Assembly (NCBI GenBank): GCA_965662775.1 | Contig: CBFIIW010000013.1 | Span: 5,702-69,701 of the forward strand | DNA length: 64,000 bases | Direction: 5' to 3' | Source of the DNA: Alphaproteobacteria bacterium | GTDB lineage: Bacteria > Pseudomonadota > Alphaproteobacteria > UBA7985 | Part shown: positions 32,545-42,781 of the stretch, in pieces | Numbering within the stretch: position 1 is the first letter of the stretch | Layout: every line of letters begins with the position of its first letter | Made by a program: the position numbers and the translations under genes | Notes under the pieces: generated by a model | What the model was told of the DNA's origin: nothing | The model's database searches: none | The model's input: only the letters and a program-made list of their open reading frames with translations

Positions 32545-33552
32545 TCAGGCCTCGCCGTCGTGGTTCTTCCGTGCGCGCATCTTTCGGCGCTGCCACAGGA
32601 CTAGTCCGCCACCGATCGCGACCACCAAGCCATAGTCGATGATCGGAATGCGCAGGATTTCGTTGAGGTTGACCCAGCCCCGACCCGCGACGGCATAGAC
32701 CCACAGCAACCCGCTGATGAAAGCTGCGTAAATCAGCCAGTGCATCAATCGGGGCAGGCCGAGCCCGTGCATCTGTGTCACCACGAACAAGGCAGCGAAG
32801 CCAAAGAAGAACATCGGCCAGAATTCCTGACCTGCCACTACGGCGACTGTCACACCATGCGCCAGAACTGAGACTTCCAGGATGGCTGTCCACCAGCGGT
32901 TGGTGTGGACGCGTGTGAAGACGAAAGCGCCCTGTATTAATAAAAGGAAGGTGTAAAAGAAGCCGGTCAGATGTCCTGGCGTGGTTTCCATGGGGTGAAA
33001 CCAGTACGTGTAAACAACCGCCCAGGCAAAGTAGTAGCCGTGGTAACGGATGAGCCACTGGCGCGCCGGGACCAGCCACATTCCGCCCCGACCAAAGGCA
33101 AGGCCACGGCGTGGTGCTTCCATAATCAATACGATCACCAGCAGGAAAATCACCGACACTTGGGAGGAAAAGACCGAAGTATCCTGCGCTAGCCCATCGT
33201 ACCATATAGCTGTCTGCAGATAGTGTAGCCCGACAAAGGCAGCTGTACCCAGCAAGCCAACGACATTTACGGGGTGCAAGGCGTCCCTGTCACGCAGGCG
33301 ATTGCGATTGACCACGGCCCATCGAATGAGGCCCCAGAAAAACAGTTGATGCGAGAGGTAGAAACCCCAAGCCGTGGCCCGGGTCCAAAAGTCAGGGTTC
33401 GGCAGTTTCCAATAGTACCAAGCGGCACCCTGATCAGGCAGCAAGTCGATCTGGCGGAGCATGGGGTTGAGTAGCAAGATCGAGAGGGTGGCCAAGACGG
33501 CGCAGACCACTGCGACAGAGAAGACTACTTTCAAAAGTATGGATTTTTCCAT
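32545..33552 (-). CDS. Conserved-looking integral membrane protein of unknown function (His/Trp/Tyr-rich)
   Basis: About 9-10 TM helices; motifs WYYWKLP, WYDGLAQD, FHPME; GGAGG SD. Confidence 0.8.
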   Translation of the reverse strand: MEKSILLKVVFSVAVVCAVLATLSILLLNPMLRQIDLLPDQGAAWYYWKLPNPDFWTRATAWGFYLSHQLFFWGLIRWAVVNRNRLRDRDALHPVNVVGLLGTAAFVGLHYLQTAIWYDGLAQDTSVFSSQVSVIFLLVIVLIMEAPRRGLAFGRGGMWLVPARQWLIRYHGYYFAWAVVYTYWFHPMETTPGHLTGFFYTFLLLIQGAFVFTRVHTNRWWTAILEVSVLAHGVTVAVVAGQEFWPMFFFGFAALFVVTQMHGLGLPRLMHWLIYAAFISGLLWVYAVAGRGWVNLNEILRIPIIDYGLVVAIGGGLVLWQRRKMRARKNHDGEA

Positions 33553-33663
33553 TTCGAGCCCTCCCAGTCTGGTTTCATATTCAAACTGATTTACGACTTA
33601 AAGCAGGGTAGGCCGCAGTCCGCGAAACCGCATAACGTACAATCAAGAGTATTGGGAAGAGGT

Positions 33664-34056
33664 TCAACCTTGCGCAGAATCTATCGTCGATTCGACGGTG
33701 CTTACCTCTGCCGTTCTGGTTGCCTCGGTTTTAGAACTCTTGGCTTTCTTGGCCTTATTGGTCTGCTTCTTCCGCGTCCTCTTTTCCGCGGTAGCATCTT
33801 TCGAAGCTGCGAGACCCTTGGCGGCAATTAGGGCAAGTGCTTTGTCACCATGTCTGAATTCATTGTCTTCAAAGTCGATGATGCCGTTGCTCAGCGCGGC
33901 CATGGCGAGTCGGATATAGAGCGGGATGTCGTGGCTACCCTTCTCGTAATTCTGCACCATGCGCGACTTGAGACCGAGCAGAAAGGCGGCTTCTTTCTGC
34001 GTCAGCTTCAGCCCTTTGCGCCAGGCTTTGAACCAGTGAGGAGCTTTCTTTTTCAT
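33664..34056 (-). CDS. XRE/HTH_3-family DNA-binding protein with a basic tail
   Basis: FKAWRKGLKLTQKEAA..LG....V..YE.G...IP HTH pattern. Confidence 0.85.
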   Translation of the reverse strand: MKKKAPHWFKAWRKGLKLTQKEAAFLLGLKSRMVQNYEKGSHDIPLYIRLAMAALSNGIIDFEDNEFRHGDKALALIAAKGLAASKDATAEKRTRKKQTNKAKKAKSSKTEATRTAEVSTVESTIDSAQG

Positions 34057-34064
34057 TCCAAAAC

Positions 34065-34079
34065 ACGCAAAATTTGCGT
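34065..34079. promoter_or_regulatory. Palindromic operator ACGCAAA-A-TTTGCGT
   Basis: Perfect 7-1-7 inverted repeat 8 nt upstream of the XRE ATG. Confidence 0.6.
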
Positions 34080-34130
34080 CTCTAATCTAATTGTGCTACT
34101 GATATACATACATTGCGTATGAGGTGCTCT

Positions 34131-34277
34131 ATGACAAGCCACATGATCTTGTTCCGGGCGAACCTTGCAAAGCCTGCGGCTCAGCCGCACCAGCCTGTTT
34201 GGAACGCTCGTCCGTCCGTTAAAACCCGCGGTTCACTTACCGCCGTAACGCCAGTGCTCACCAAAAAGACCAACTAA
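34131..34277 (+). CDS. Candidate 48-aa small protein divergent from the XRE gene
   Basis: GAGGTG SD 4 nt before ATG; MTSHMILFRANLAKPAAQPHQPVWNARPSVKTRGSLTAVTPVLTKKTN; no recognisable family. Confidence 0.35.
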   Translation: MTSHMILFRANLAKPAAQPHQPVWNARPSVKTRGSLTAVTPVLTKKTN

Positions 34278-34348
34278 GCAGTTGTGTCCGGGAAATCCAT
34301 GCGGCATGAATTTTCATGCTGAGTGGATGACCCCGGAGAGCCCCTTAA

Positions 34349-34873
34349 ATGGACCTGAGCGCACTGATCCGAGACGTACCGGATTACCCTAAACCCGGCA
34401 TTCTTTTCAAAGACATCACGCCCTTGCTTGCTGACGGCGCAGCGATGCGCGAGGTTACGGCGCAATTTGCTGTACGCGCGGCAGAGCTAAAGGCCGATGC
34501 TATCGCAGGAATTGAAGCCCGTGGCTTTATTTTTGCGCCGGCAGTGGCGGCTCAGATGGGATTGCCGTTTATCCCGGTGCGTAAAGAGGGCAAGTTGCCT
34601 TACGACTGCGTGACCCACTCCTACGATCTCGAATACGGCTCAGACACGCTGCAGATCCATGTAGACGCGCTTCGCGCAGGGCAGCGGGTGGTGATCGTCG
34701 ACGACTTGATTGCAACCGGTGGCACGGCAGGTGCGACGGTGGAATTGGTACGAAAGTTGGGGGCTGTGCCGGCCTGCGCGCTGTTCCTTATCGAACTCGA
34801 CGGGCTCGGTGGCCGGGACGAGATTGAGGGCCGGGGCGTGCGGGTGGAGTCGCTGATCAGCTACGAGGTCTGA
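34349..34873 (+). CDS. apt: Adenine phosphoribosyltransferase
   Basis: PDYPKPGILFKDITPLL, RKEGKLP and VDDLIATGGT motifs. Confidence 0.98.
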   Translation: MDLSALIRDVPDYPKPGILFKDITPLLADGAAMREVTAQFAVRAAELKADAIAGIEARGFIFAPAVAAQMGLPFIPVRKEGKLPYDCVTHSYDLEYGSDTLQIHVDALRAGQRVVIVDDLIATGGTAGATVELVRKLGAVPACALFLIELDGLGGRDEIEGRGVRVESLISYEV

Positions 34874-34939
34874 TCATCCGGTCGGCCAGCCTGCTTGGTC
34901 CCCTGGTACATCGGCTCAAAGCGCCCAGCAGATGATTGG

Positions 34940-35857
34940 TTAAAGGTCGTCCAGATTGAATGGCGTGTTCTGGTATACCCAGTTGACCCAATTGCCGTAG
35001 AGAATGTGTGCGTGGCTGCGCCATTTGTTTGGCGGGGTCTGCGTTGGGTCGTCTCCCGGAAAATAGTTGCTTGGCAGAATGATAGACTGCCCCGCCTGGA
35101 CATCGCGTTCGTATTCCTCCCGCAGTGTCTGGCTGTCATACTCCAGATGATTGAACATGTAGAATCGCCGGTTGGCATCGTCGGCCAGCAGGCCAAGACC
35201 GGCTGTGTCGTTTTCCGCCAGCACCGTGAGGTTGGCTATCGACGCCACGTCGACGCGACGGTTTTCTGTATGGCGAGACACCGGCACTTCAAACAGATCG
35301 GCAATCCCCTGCATCAAAGGATGTGTGGGAATTAAATTGCGGTGCTCGAAGATGCCGAACCGCTTGGGCACGTCGGCAATCAGATGCTTCGGTACGCCGT
35401 TAAAGTGGTTCAAGGCTGCTTGGGCACCCCAGCAGATGGCGAACATCGAAAAGACGTTGGTCGTGGTCCAGTCAAAGATTTCCTGCAACTCTGGCCAGTA
35501 TTTGACGTCATGGAATTCGAGCGTCTCTATCGGCGCACCGGTAACCATAAAACCGTCGAAGCGCTCAGAGCGCACCTCGTCCCACGCGCGGTAGAAGGTA
35601 TCCATGTGCTCGGAGGCGGTATTGGTGCCTCGATACGTTGAGGTTTCCACCAGCGTCAAGTCTACTTGCAGCGGCGTGGAACCGAGCAGTCGGGCGAGTT
35701 GGGTTTCTGTGGCAATCTTCAGCGGCATAAGGTTGAGAATGGCGATCCGCAAGGGGCGAATATCCTGCTTTTCCGCGCGGCTCTCGCGCATGACCTTTAC
35801 GCCCTCATCACGAAGCGTTTCTGCGGCTGGGAGTCCGTCTGGTACTCGGATCGGCAT
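34940..35857 (-). CDS. metA: MetA-family homoserine O-acyltransferase (probably acetyl-specific)
   Basis: LNLMPLK, ICWGAQA, HLEYD and WRSHA motifs; GAPIE has Glu at the position equivalent to residue 111. Confidence 0.95.
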   Translation of the reverse strand: MPIRVPDGLPAAETLRDEGVKVMRESRAEKQDIRPLRIAILNLMPLKIATETQLARLLGSTPLQVDLTLVETSTYRGTNTASEHMDTFYRAWDEVRSERFDGFMVTGAPIETLEFHDVKYWPELQEIFDWTTTNVFSMFAICWGAQAALNHFNGVPKHLIADVPKRFGIFEHRNLIPTHPLMQGIADLFEVPVSRHTENRRVDVASIANLTVLAENDTAGLGLLADDANRRFYMFNHLEYDSQTLREEYERDVQAGQSIILPSNYFPGDDPTQTPPNKWRSHAHILYGNWVNWVYQNTPFNLDDL

Positions 35858-35925
35858 GATCGTTTAATCTCTGTCTTTGGCGCTGAGGCTGGCCCCGCCT
35901 CTGCTACGGGCCCGGGCCAGTGGCA

Positions 35926-36765
35926 CTATTTGCTCTGTTCCACAAGATCGAGGAAGTCCGCCTCGGTTTCCACCCGTGCGATGTCGTCAGCAGCTACGCG
36001 TCGGGCGAGACCCGCAGCCACAAGTCTGTCATAGCGATCGCGGCGGGCCCTGATTAGGTGCGGGAACACCCACTTGACGAACTCCAGCGGCGGAAAGTCA
36101 TCCGCCACGCGCAGACCCGTTTCTGCGCTGTATTCGGCGATGGCAGCATCGAGGAATCCAGTGCGGTAGAACATTGGTTTAGGGTAGGCGATGGTACGCT
36201 CGATCAGGTGCTCAACATGCTCATCAGCCGCTTCGATGTAGACCAATTGCGTGCGCTGGCTCAGGTGCCGGAGCACAGGGTCGTTTGCCGGATCTTCGAG
36301 ATCAACGACTTCGATCAAGCTGCCGCCCGCGTCGACAAGGAAGTGATCGTAGCCATAAACGGTCGAAGCACGATCCATGAAATAACCGACGTCAAGCAAT
36401 GCGGCGATCTCCGCCTGCTCGTGCAGGCGCTGGCGCCGAGCAAACTCTTCTCGATCGTGGCCGCCTTGGTCCTTGCGTCCGAGGGTGCCAATCCACGCAC
36501 TCAACGGTGCCAGATTTTCCATGGAGATGTTCGAGCGGATATAGATGCTGTCAGACTTGAGCAAAGTCGCCAGTGCCTGCTGTTGCATTGCGGCCAGATA
36601 GAGGTCATCCTGAATGGCCTCACCCAGATAGCGAGTGCCGATCCGATAGTCTCCGGAGTAGTGGAACCAACGGTCTCTGGGTAGCTTTAGCGCCAGCGTG
36701 GTCTTGCCCACGCCGGACATACCTAGCAGGGTAAAGGCCTGTGATTGTGGTATCATGATTTGCAT
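35926..36765 (-). CDS. Uncharacterised P-loop NTPase/kinase-like protein upstream of metA
   Basis: GMSGVGKT Walker A; WFHYSGDYRIGTRY, DAGGS and PKPMFY motifs. Confidence 0.85.
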   Translation of the reverse strand: MQIMIPQSQAFTLLGMSGVGKTTLALKLPRDRWFHYSGDYRIGTRYLGEAIQDDLYLAAMQQQALATLLKSDSIYIRSNISMENLAPLSAWIGTLGRKDQGGHDREEFARRQRLHEQAEIAALLDVGYFMDRASTVYGYDHFLVDAGGSLIEVVDLEDPANDPVLRHLSQRTQLVYIEAADEHVEHLIERTIAYPKPMFYRTGFLDAAIAEYSAETGLRVADDFPPLEFVKWVFPHLIRARRDRYDRLVAAGLARRVAADDIARVETEADFLDLVEQSK

Positions 36766-36983
36766 GTTCCTTCGGTGCCTTATCGCTGTGCACGGGTCAA
36801 GCATGCCGATTTTGCGGGGAGATGTGCCGCGCATGGGATTGTCGTTTGCGCACGGTCATGCTGTTTTGCGGCCGCAATAGGAACGTCGGTGCGTTGATAT
36901 GCGACCATGCATCGCTTGACCGGACCGTTCGACCCGCATAGTGAAATTACGATTTTACCTTGGAAGTGTGAGAGGCTCAGCCC

Positions 36984-37733
36984 ATGAAGGCGCTCGTATG
37001 TGTAAAGCGCGTGGTGGATTACAACGTGAAGATCCGGGTGAAGCCGGACAATCGCGGTGTTGATCTGGCCAACGTGAAGATGTCCATGAATCCCTTTGAC
37101 GAAATCGCGGTGGAAGAAGCGATTCGGATGAAGGAAGCCGGTATCGTTGAAGAAATCATTGCCGTTTCCATGGGCGAAGCCAAAAGTCAGGAAACCATCC
37201 GTACTGCACTTGCCATGGGTGCGGACCGCGGGATTTTGGTAGAAAGCGACGATGACCTTCAACCACTGGCGCTTGCTAAGATGCTTAAGGCCATCGTGGA
37301 AAAGGAAGAGCCTGGTATCGTGGTTGTCGGCAAGCAGGCCATTGACGGCGACAATAACCAGACGGGCCAGATGCTCGCTGCCCTGCTTGGCTGGCCGCAG
37401 GGCACCTTTGCCTCCAAGGTTGAGAAAGACGGAGACACGCTGAAAGTTACGCGTGAGGTTGATGCGGGCCTTCAAGTGGTCACCATGCCACTGCCTGCTA
37501 TCATCACCGCTGACCTGCGCTTGAATGAGCCGCGCTATGCGTCGTTGCCAAACATCATGAAGGCCAAGAAGAAGCCGATCGACATTATGACCCCCGCTGA
37601 TCTGGGCGTCGACGCGACGCCACGCCTGTCCACCGTCAAGGTTACTGAGCCACCAGCACGTGCAGCCGGTGTCATAGTCGGGAACGTGGGCGAGCTGGTC
37701 GATAAACTCAAAAACGACGCCAAAGTCGTCTGA
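36984..37733 (+). CDS. etfB: Electron transfer flavoprotein beta subunit
   Basis: [22 protein letters not shown] and DLRLNEPRY motifs. Confidence 0.98.
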   Translation: MKALVCVKRVVDYNVKIRVKPDNRGVDLANVKMSMNPFDEIAVEEAIRMKEAGIVEEIIAVSMGEAKSQETIRTALAMGADRGILVESDDDLQPLALAKMLKAIVEKEEPGIVVVGKQAIDGDNNQTGQMLAALLGWPQGTFASKVEKDGDTLKVTREVDAGLQVVTMPLPAIITADLRLNEPRYASLPNIMKAKKKPIDIMTPADLGVDATPRLSTVKVTEPPARAAGVIVGNVGELVDKLKNDAKVV

Positions 37734-37753
37734 GAAAAGAAGGAAACTGAGAC

Positions 37754-38683
37754 ATGAGCATTCTGATTTTTCTCGAACATGATGCCGACGGAATTAAGGA
37801 CGCATCCCTGTCAGCCGTGACCGCTGCTAAGGAAATAGGGGGTGACATCACCGCCATCGTGGTGGGTTCAGGCGCTGATGCTGCCGCAGAGGCTGCGGCA
37901 AAGATTGACGGAATTTCAGCCGTGGTGAAGGCAGGCGACGGTGCCTTTTCTCACGCTATTGCCGAAAACATTGCACCGCTGTTGGTCGAAGCAGCTTCAG
38001 GGAAGACCCATCTGGTTGCCGCTGCGACTACCGTGGGCAAAAATATCCTCCCACGGGCCGCGGCTCTGATGGACGTACAGCCCATCTCGGATATTTCGGC
38101 TGTGGTTGATGGAGAGACCTTCGAACGCCCGATCTACGCCGGAAATGCCCTAGCAACCGTGAAGTCTTCGGACAGCATCAAGGTGCTGACCGTGCGGACA
38201 GCCAACTTCGACGCTGCGGCGACGGAAGGCGGCTCGGCGTCGGTTTCCGATATGTCGGGTGCAGGCTCTGCTGGCATGACTGCCTGGGTCGCTGATGAAT
38301 TGTCGGCGAGCGATCGCCCTGAGCTGACTTCAGCGTCGGTGGTTGTCTCCGGCGGTCGTGGCATGGGATCCGCCGACAACTTCGTGATCCTCGACGCGCT
38401 GGCGGACAAGCTTGGCGCAGCCGTCGGAGCCTCTCGTGCAGCGGTGGATGCCGGTTTCGCTCCGAACGACTATCAGGTTGGCCAGACCGGCAAGGTGGTT
38501 TCCCCCGATCTGTATATCGCCGTTGGTATCTCCGGCGCGATCCAGCACCTTGCGGGGATGAAGGATTCAAAGGTTATCGTTGCCATCAACAAGGACGAAG
38601 AAGCCCCGATTTTCCAGGTGGCGGACTATGGTCTGGTTGCTGATCTGTTCGACGCGGTGCCCGAATTGACGACAGGAATCTAA
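37754..38683 (+). CDS. etfA: Electron transfer flavoprotein alpha subunit
   Basis: [22 protein letters not shown] and GISGAIQH motifs. Confidence 0.98.
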   Translation: MSILIFLEHDADGIKDASLSAVTAAKEIGGDITAIVVGSGADAAAEAAAKIDGISAVVKAGDGAFSHAIAENIAPLLVEAASGKTHLVAAATTVGKNILPRAAALMDVQPISDISAVVDGETFERPIYAGNALATVKSSDSIKVLTVRTANFDAAATEGGSASVSDMSGAGSAGMTAWVADELSASDRPELTSASVVVSGGRGMGSADNFVILDALADKLGAAVGASRAAVDAGFAPNDYQVGQTGKVVSPDLYIAVGISGAIQHLAGMKDSKVIVAINKDEEAPIFQVADYGLVADLFDAVPELTTGI

Positions 38684-38726
38684 GGGAATCCCGTCAGCGT
38701 CGCCGCCGCTCGGGCGATACAGAAAG

Positions 38727-38756
38727 AGGGCTTCGCGATCACTGAAGCCCTTTTTT
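38727..38756 (+). terminator. Intrinsic terminator after etfA
   Basis: AGGGCTTC...GAAGCCCT followed by a T-tract. Confidence 0.8.
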
Positions 38757-38836
38757 GTTGCCTTCTCATCCGGACGGCCCGATTTTTCATAAACATCGCA
38801 GCGCTTGCCGCGCCCAACGAACGGGGTTTTGACACC

Positions 38837-39370
38837 ATGGGTTACACGCCGCTTTCACTGCTGCTGCATTGGTTCACGGTTCTTTGGGTCGGCGTCATGT
38901 GGGTGGCCGGTGTCCTGATCAGCCGCTGGGATGATACCCCGGATGCTGTCTATGACCTGCATGTCACCGTCGGCGTGCTGGGCTTCGCCGTCATTGTCTA
39001 CCGGATTGTGTGGCGGGTTGTGCGCGGCTTTGCTTCGCCGAACGCTGATCATGCAGGGTGGGAGCGGGCACTGGCCCGAGCCGTGCAATGGGTGTTTCTG
39101 ACTGCGCTGTCCGTGTCTATCCTCACGGGACTGATCAAAACCTTTCTGGGCACCAGCACGCAATACTTTCTGTGGGGATCGGAAATTCCAAAGATCAGGA
39201 TCGTGCGAATGGGCGTCGGAGCGCAGTGGGTCGAGACATTGCATGAGATCGCGGCATACGCACTGTTTTTCGCGTTGATCCTGCACGTCGGCGGTGCGTT
39301 GAAGCACGTAGTGTTAGACCGTGACGGTACGCTTATGCGTATCCTAAAGCCATCCAGGCCAGGAAAGTAG
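38837..39370 (+). CDS. Cytochrome b561 (CybB/YceJ family)
   Basis: Four TM helices with heme His residues: LHW, LH..G, LHE, LH..GALKH...RD. Confidence 0.88.
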   Translation: MGYTPLSLLLHWFTVLWVGVMWVAGVLISRWDDTPDAVYDLHVTVGVLGFAVIVYRIVWRVVRGFASPNADHAGWERALARAVQWVFLTALSVSILTGLIKTFLGTSTQYFLWGSEIPKIRIVRMGVGAQWVETLHEIAAYALFFALILHVGGALKHVVLDRDGTLMRILKPSRPGK

Positions 39371-39376
39371 CCTGCC

Positions 39377-40174
39377 TTAGAGCGCGAATTCCGGCGCTGA
39401 GGGCGGCCGGTCCTGCGCGGCGCGGAAGCTCGCGATATAGGATACGCCGGTATCCTCAGTCAGTAGCCATTTGTCGAGTAGTGGGTTGAACATGAAGCCT
39501 TTGATTAGCTGTGGCTGAAGTCCTGCCGCCTCGACCATTTCGAACATCTCAGCGGGGGGGACAAACCGACGCCAGTCGTGCGTGCCGGTAGGCAGCCATC
39601 GAAGCACGTATTCTGCTGCGACAATGCCCAGGGCAAAGCTGCGCAGGGTGCGATTAAAGGTTGAAAACAGCACAAGACCGCCTTCGTCCCGTGCGCTGAC
39701 GACGTCGGCGACGAACGCTGGTGGGTCGTTGACGTGCTCGATGATCTCTAGCGCCAGCACCACGTCGTAGCGCTCGCCAGCCTCGACCAGTTCAGCGACG
39801 GTGGCGACACGATAGTCGATCTCCAGCCCCATTTGCTCAGCATGGATCTCCGCCACGGGGATGTTTGCTGGTGTAGCGTCGACCCCGGTGACGTGCGCCC
39901 CCAATCGCGCGAGTGGCTCGCACACCAGCCCGCCACCGCAGCCGACGTCGAGGATTCGAAGCCCCGCCAGCGGGTTGGGTGCGTCAAGGTCGCAGTCGAA
40001 GTGCGCGGCGATTTCTTCGGTGATAAAGCGCAGCCGGGTCGGATTGATTTTGTGCAACGGGCGGAAATCGCCCGCCGGATCCCACCAGCTTTCCGCCATT
40101 GCGGTGAACTTCTCAACCTCGCCCGGGTCGATGGTGTGACCAGCCTTGCTGCTCGTTTGTTTTGTATCCCGCAT
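39377..40174 (-). CDS. ubiG: Ubiquinone biosynthesis O-methyltransferase
   Basis: WWDP.G.F.PLH.INP, LDVGCGGG, EIIEHV and GTHDW motifs. Confidence 0.97.
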   Translation of the reverse strand: MRDTKQTSSKAGHTIDPGEVEKFTAMAESWWDPAGDFRPLHKINPTRLRFITEEIAAHFDCDLDAPNPLAGLRILDVGCGGGLVCEPLARLGAHVTGVDATPANIPVAEIHAEQMGLEIDYRVATVAELVEAGERYDVVLALEIIEHVNDPPAFVADVVSARDEGGLVLFSTFNRTLRSFALGIVAAEYVLRWLPTGTHDWRRFVPPAEMFEMVEAAGLQPQLIKGFMFNPLLDKWLLTEDTGVSYIASFRAAQDRPPSAPEFAL

Positions 40175-40259
40175 GCGTGTCCTGCCGTTGCAGCCTCGGG
40201 GGCGTTTCTATACCCCTTATGTCGGGTCTGACAGAATATTACGCAAGCAGGTTGGGTCA

Positions 40260-41504
40260 ATGGCGCGCATCGTCATGAAATTTGGTGGCACCTCTGTCGG
40301 TGACATCGACCGCATACGCAACGTCGCCCGTCGGGTTAAGGCGGAGCACGACGCTGGGCACGAGGTGGCGGTCGTGGTGTCGGCCATGTCGGGCGAGACC
40401 AATCGGCTCGTTGGGCTGGTTTCGGATGCTGCTGCGCTCTACGACACGCGAGAATACGACGTTGTGGTGTCCACGGGGGAGCAGGTGACGGTCGGCGTGC
40501 TTTCGGTCATCTTGCAATCAATGGGTGTCGACGCCCGGTCCTGGCTGGGGTGGCAGTTGCCGGTCCGAACCGAAGACGTCCACGGCAATGCCCGTATTCT
40601 TGACATCGACACCAGCGAAATCGAACGGCGCTTTGCGGAGACCCGTGAAGTCGCTGTGGTACCCGGGTTCCAAGGGGTGAGTCCGCGAAGCCGCATCACG
40701 ACGCTGGGCCGTGGTGGTTCGGACACGTCGGCGGTTGCCTTGGCTGCCGCGCTGCGGGCTGACCGCTGTGACATCTATACTGACGTGGACGGCGTTTACA
40801 CCACCGATCCGCGCGTGACCGACAAGGCGCGAAAGTTGGACCGCGTAAGCCACGAAGAAATGCTGGAGATGGCCTCACTCGGGGCTAAGGTTCTGCAGAC
40901 GCGCAGCGTCTCTATCGCAATGAGCCACGGGGTCCCGCTCCAGGTTCTATCCAGTTTCGAAGACAGACCGGGCACGCTTGTGACCGCAGAGGATGAAACC
41001 ATGGAAAAAGACGTTGTATCCGGGATTGCTTTCTCCCGTGATGAAGCCCGCGTGACACTGATCGGTATTCCCGATCGCCCTGGGGTCGCTGCGGCGATTT
41101 TTGGTGCGCTGGGCGATGCCGCGATCAATGTCGACATGATTGTACAGTCGCGTACTGTGATTGACGGGGATGCCAAGACCGACATGACCTTTACCTGCGG
41201 GCAATCCGATCTGCCGCGGGCACTGGCGCTGATGGAAGAACGCCACGACGATATTCAGTATACCGAATTAGAAAGCGACGAGGATGTCGCTAAGGTTTCT
41301 ATCGTCGGTGTTGGCATGCGGACAAACTCAGGCGTCGCTAAGACCATGTTTGGTGCGCTGGCCGAGAAGAATATCAATATCAAGGTGATAACGACCTCAG
41401 AGATCAAGACCTCAGTGCTGGTCGGTGCGGACTATTTGGAGTTGGCCGTGCGGACCCTGCACGATGCGTTCGGGCTTGAGGGCAGTGCCGCTGCCGACGC
41501 CTAA
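40260..41504 (+). CDS. lysC: Aspartate kinase
   Basis: [17 protein letters not shown] and TDVDGVYT motifs; two ACT domains. Confidence 0.97.
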   Translation: MARIVMKFGGTSVGDIDRIRNVARRVKAEHDAGHEVAVVVSAMSGETNRLVGLVSDAAALYDTREYDVVVSTGEQVTVGVLSVILQSMGVDARSWLGWQLPVRTEDVHGNARILDIDTSEIERRFAETREVAVVPGFQGVSPRSRITTLGRGGSDTSAVALAAALRADRCDIYTDVDGVYTTDPRVTDKARKLDRVSHEEMLEMASLGAKVLQTRSVSIAMSHGVPLQVLSSFEDRPGTLVTAEDETMEKDVVSGIAFSRDEARVTLIGIPDRPGVAAAIFGALGDAAINVDMIVQSRTVIDGDAKTDMTFTCGQSDLPRALALMEERHDDIQYTELESDEDVAKVSIVGVGMRTNSGVAKTMFGALAEKNINIKVITTSEIKTSVLVGADYLELAVRTLHDAFGLEGSAAADA

Positions 41505-41538
41505 CTTCGCCGACTGCCCAACCCAGCGGACCAAACGG

Positions 41539-41565
41539 AAAAAGGGGCGCGAGAAGCGCCCCTTT
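41539..41565. terminator. Bidirectional terminator between lysC and the rpoH paralogue
   Basis: AAAAAGGGGCGC-gagaa-GCGCCCCTTT. Confidence 0.8.
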
Positions 41566-41625
41566 AGCTCTTTATGTCGCGGTCCTTGTCTCCGTAAGGG
41601 CGCCGAAGGTAGTGCGTGGTGGGCC

Positions 41626-42510
41626 TCAGCTTTCCAGATAGAGATCGTCAGCCTGACTGACCCGATCCATCATAAAGGTCTTCAGCTTCGTCATGGCGCG
41701 GTGTTCGAGTTGGCGCACACGTTCCTTTGAGACACCAAAGAACTTGCCAAGTTCCTCCAGCGTTACGCCATCGTCAGTTAGTCGACGCATGCGAATGATC
41801 TGCGCTTCTCTCTCGCCAAGGCTTTCTAACGCTTCGTCGAGCCATCCACGACGAATGTCACTGTCGTGTTCGAGGATGGTGTTATCTTCCGGCGTGGGGC
41901 GATCGTCGGAGAGCATGTTCTGCCACTCTTGATCCCCGTCTTCACCGATCACAGCATTCAACGAGCCGTCTGCAGCCGATAGACGCCCTTCCATCGCCTC
42001 CACATCGCGTAGCGGAACGCCGAGGGTCTCAGCGATTTTGACGCGACCGTCTTGGTTCAACCGCTCTCCGGTTGACTCTTCGATCTTGGAACGCAGGCGA
42101 CGAAGGTTAAAAAACAGCGACTTCTGCGACGCTGTCGTTCCGGTACGGACGATCGACCAATTACGCAGAATGAAGTCCTGCATGGCCGAACGGATCCACC
42201 AAGACGCGTAAGTGGAGAAGCGGACATCCCGGTCGGGTTCGAAGCGGTTGGCGGCGTGAAGGAGGCCAACAACGCCTTCCTGGATCAGGTCGCCGACGGG
42301 CAGGCCGTAATTCTTGAACCGCCCAGCGGTCGAGACCACCAGCCTGTTATAGGCGTTGATCAATTCGTGGAGCGCTCGATCGTTGTTCTCCTCACGCCAC
42401 GCACGGGCAAGCGCATACTCATGCTCTCGGCTCAGGAGAGGCGTCTCCATCGACCGTTTAATAAAGGCGATATTCGCTCGGCGCGTTTCGCTATCTTCGT
42501 AAGCCGTCAT
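41626..42510 (-). CDS. rpoH2: Sigma-32 family sigma factor (RpoH2-like)
   Basis: DLIQEG, FSTYASWWI, RpoH box QKSLFFNLR, VSKERVRQLE. Confidence 0.88.
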   Translation of the reverse strand: MTAYEDSETRRANIAFIKRSMETPLLSREHEYALARAWREENNDRALHELINAYNRLVVSTAGRFKNYGLPVGDLIQEGVVGLLHAANRFEPDRDVRFSTYASWWIRSAMQDFILRNWSIVRTGTTASQKSLFFNLRRLRSKIEESTGERLNQDGRVKIAETLGVPLRDVEAMEGRLSAADGSLNAVIGEDGDQEWQNMLSDDRPTPEDNTILEHDSDIRRGWLDEALESLGEREAQIIRMRRLTDDGVTLEELGKFFGVSKERVRQLEHRAMTKLKTFMMDRVSQADDLYLES

Positions 42511-42781
42511 GATTCCGTTCCCTGTCTCTTGGACTGCGCCTGGGGCACAATTGGTATGACCGAGACTATGGTACTACCAAATGCGACAATTGAAAGGGCA
42601 AAAGGTGCTACCAGAACGGGGTGCGACAACTTGACTAAAAATAGCCGCAGAGAGCTTCATGACAGGAGAAATTTATAAGTAATTGCAGCAGGTTAAGCGA
42701 AAGAGACTGAAACCTTGCCGTCACCATTGATCCGCTTAGGGCCGATCACAACGGCGTGCTAAGGCGAAGACCAGACGCCGA

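Noticed and set aside
30145-34348. Intact integrative element at tRNA-Thr
   Set aside because: No integrase; the only echo of the tRNA 3' end is the 8-nt CCAGCACC near 32445, which is expected by chance.
35858-36983. SAM-II or SAM-SAH riboswitch upstream of metA or its partner
   Set aside because: No recognisable consensus by eye; an Rfam scan would be decisive.
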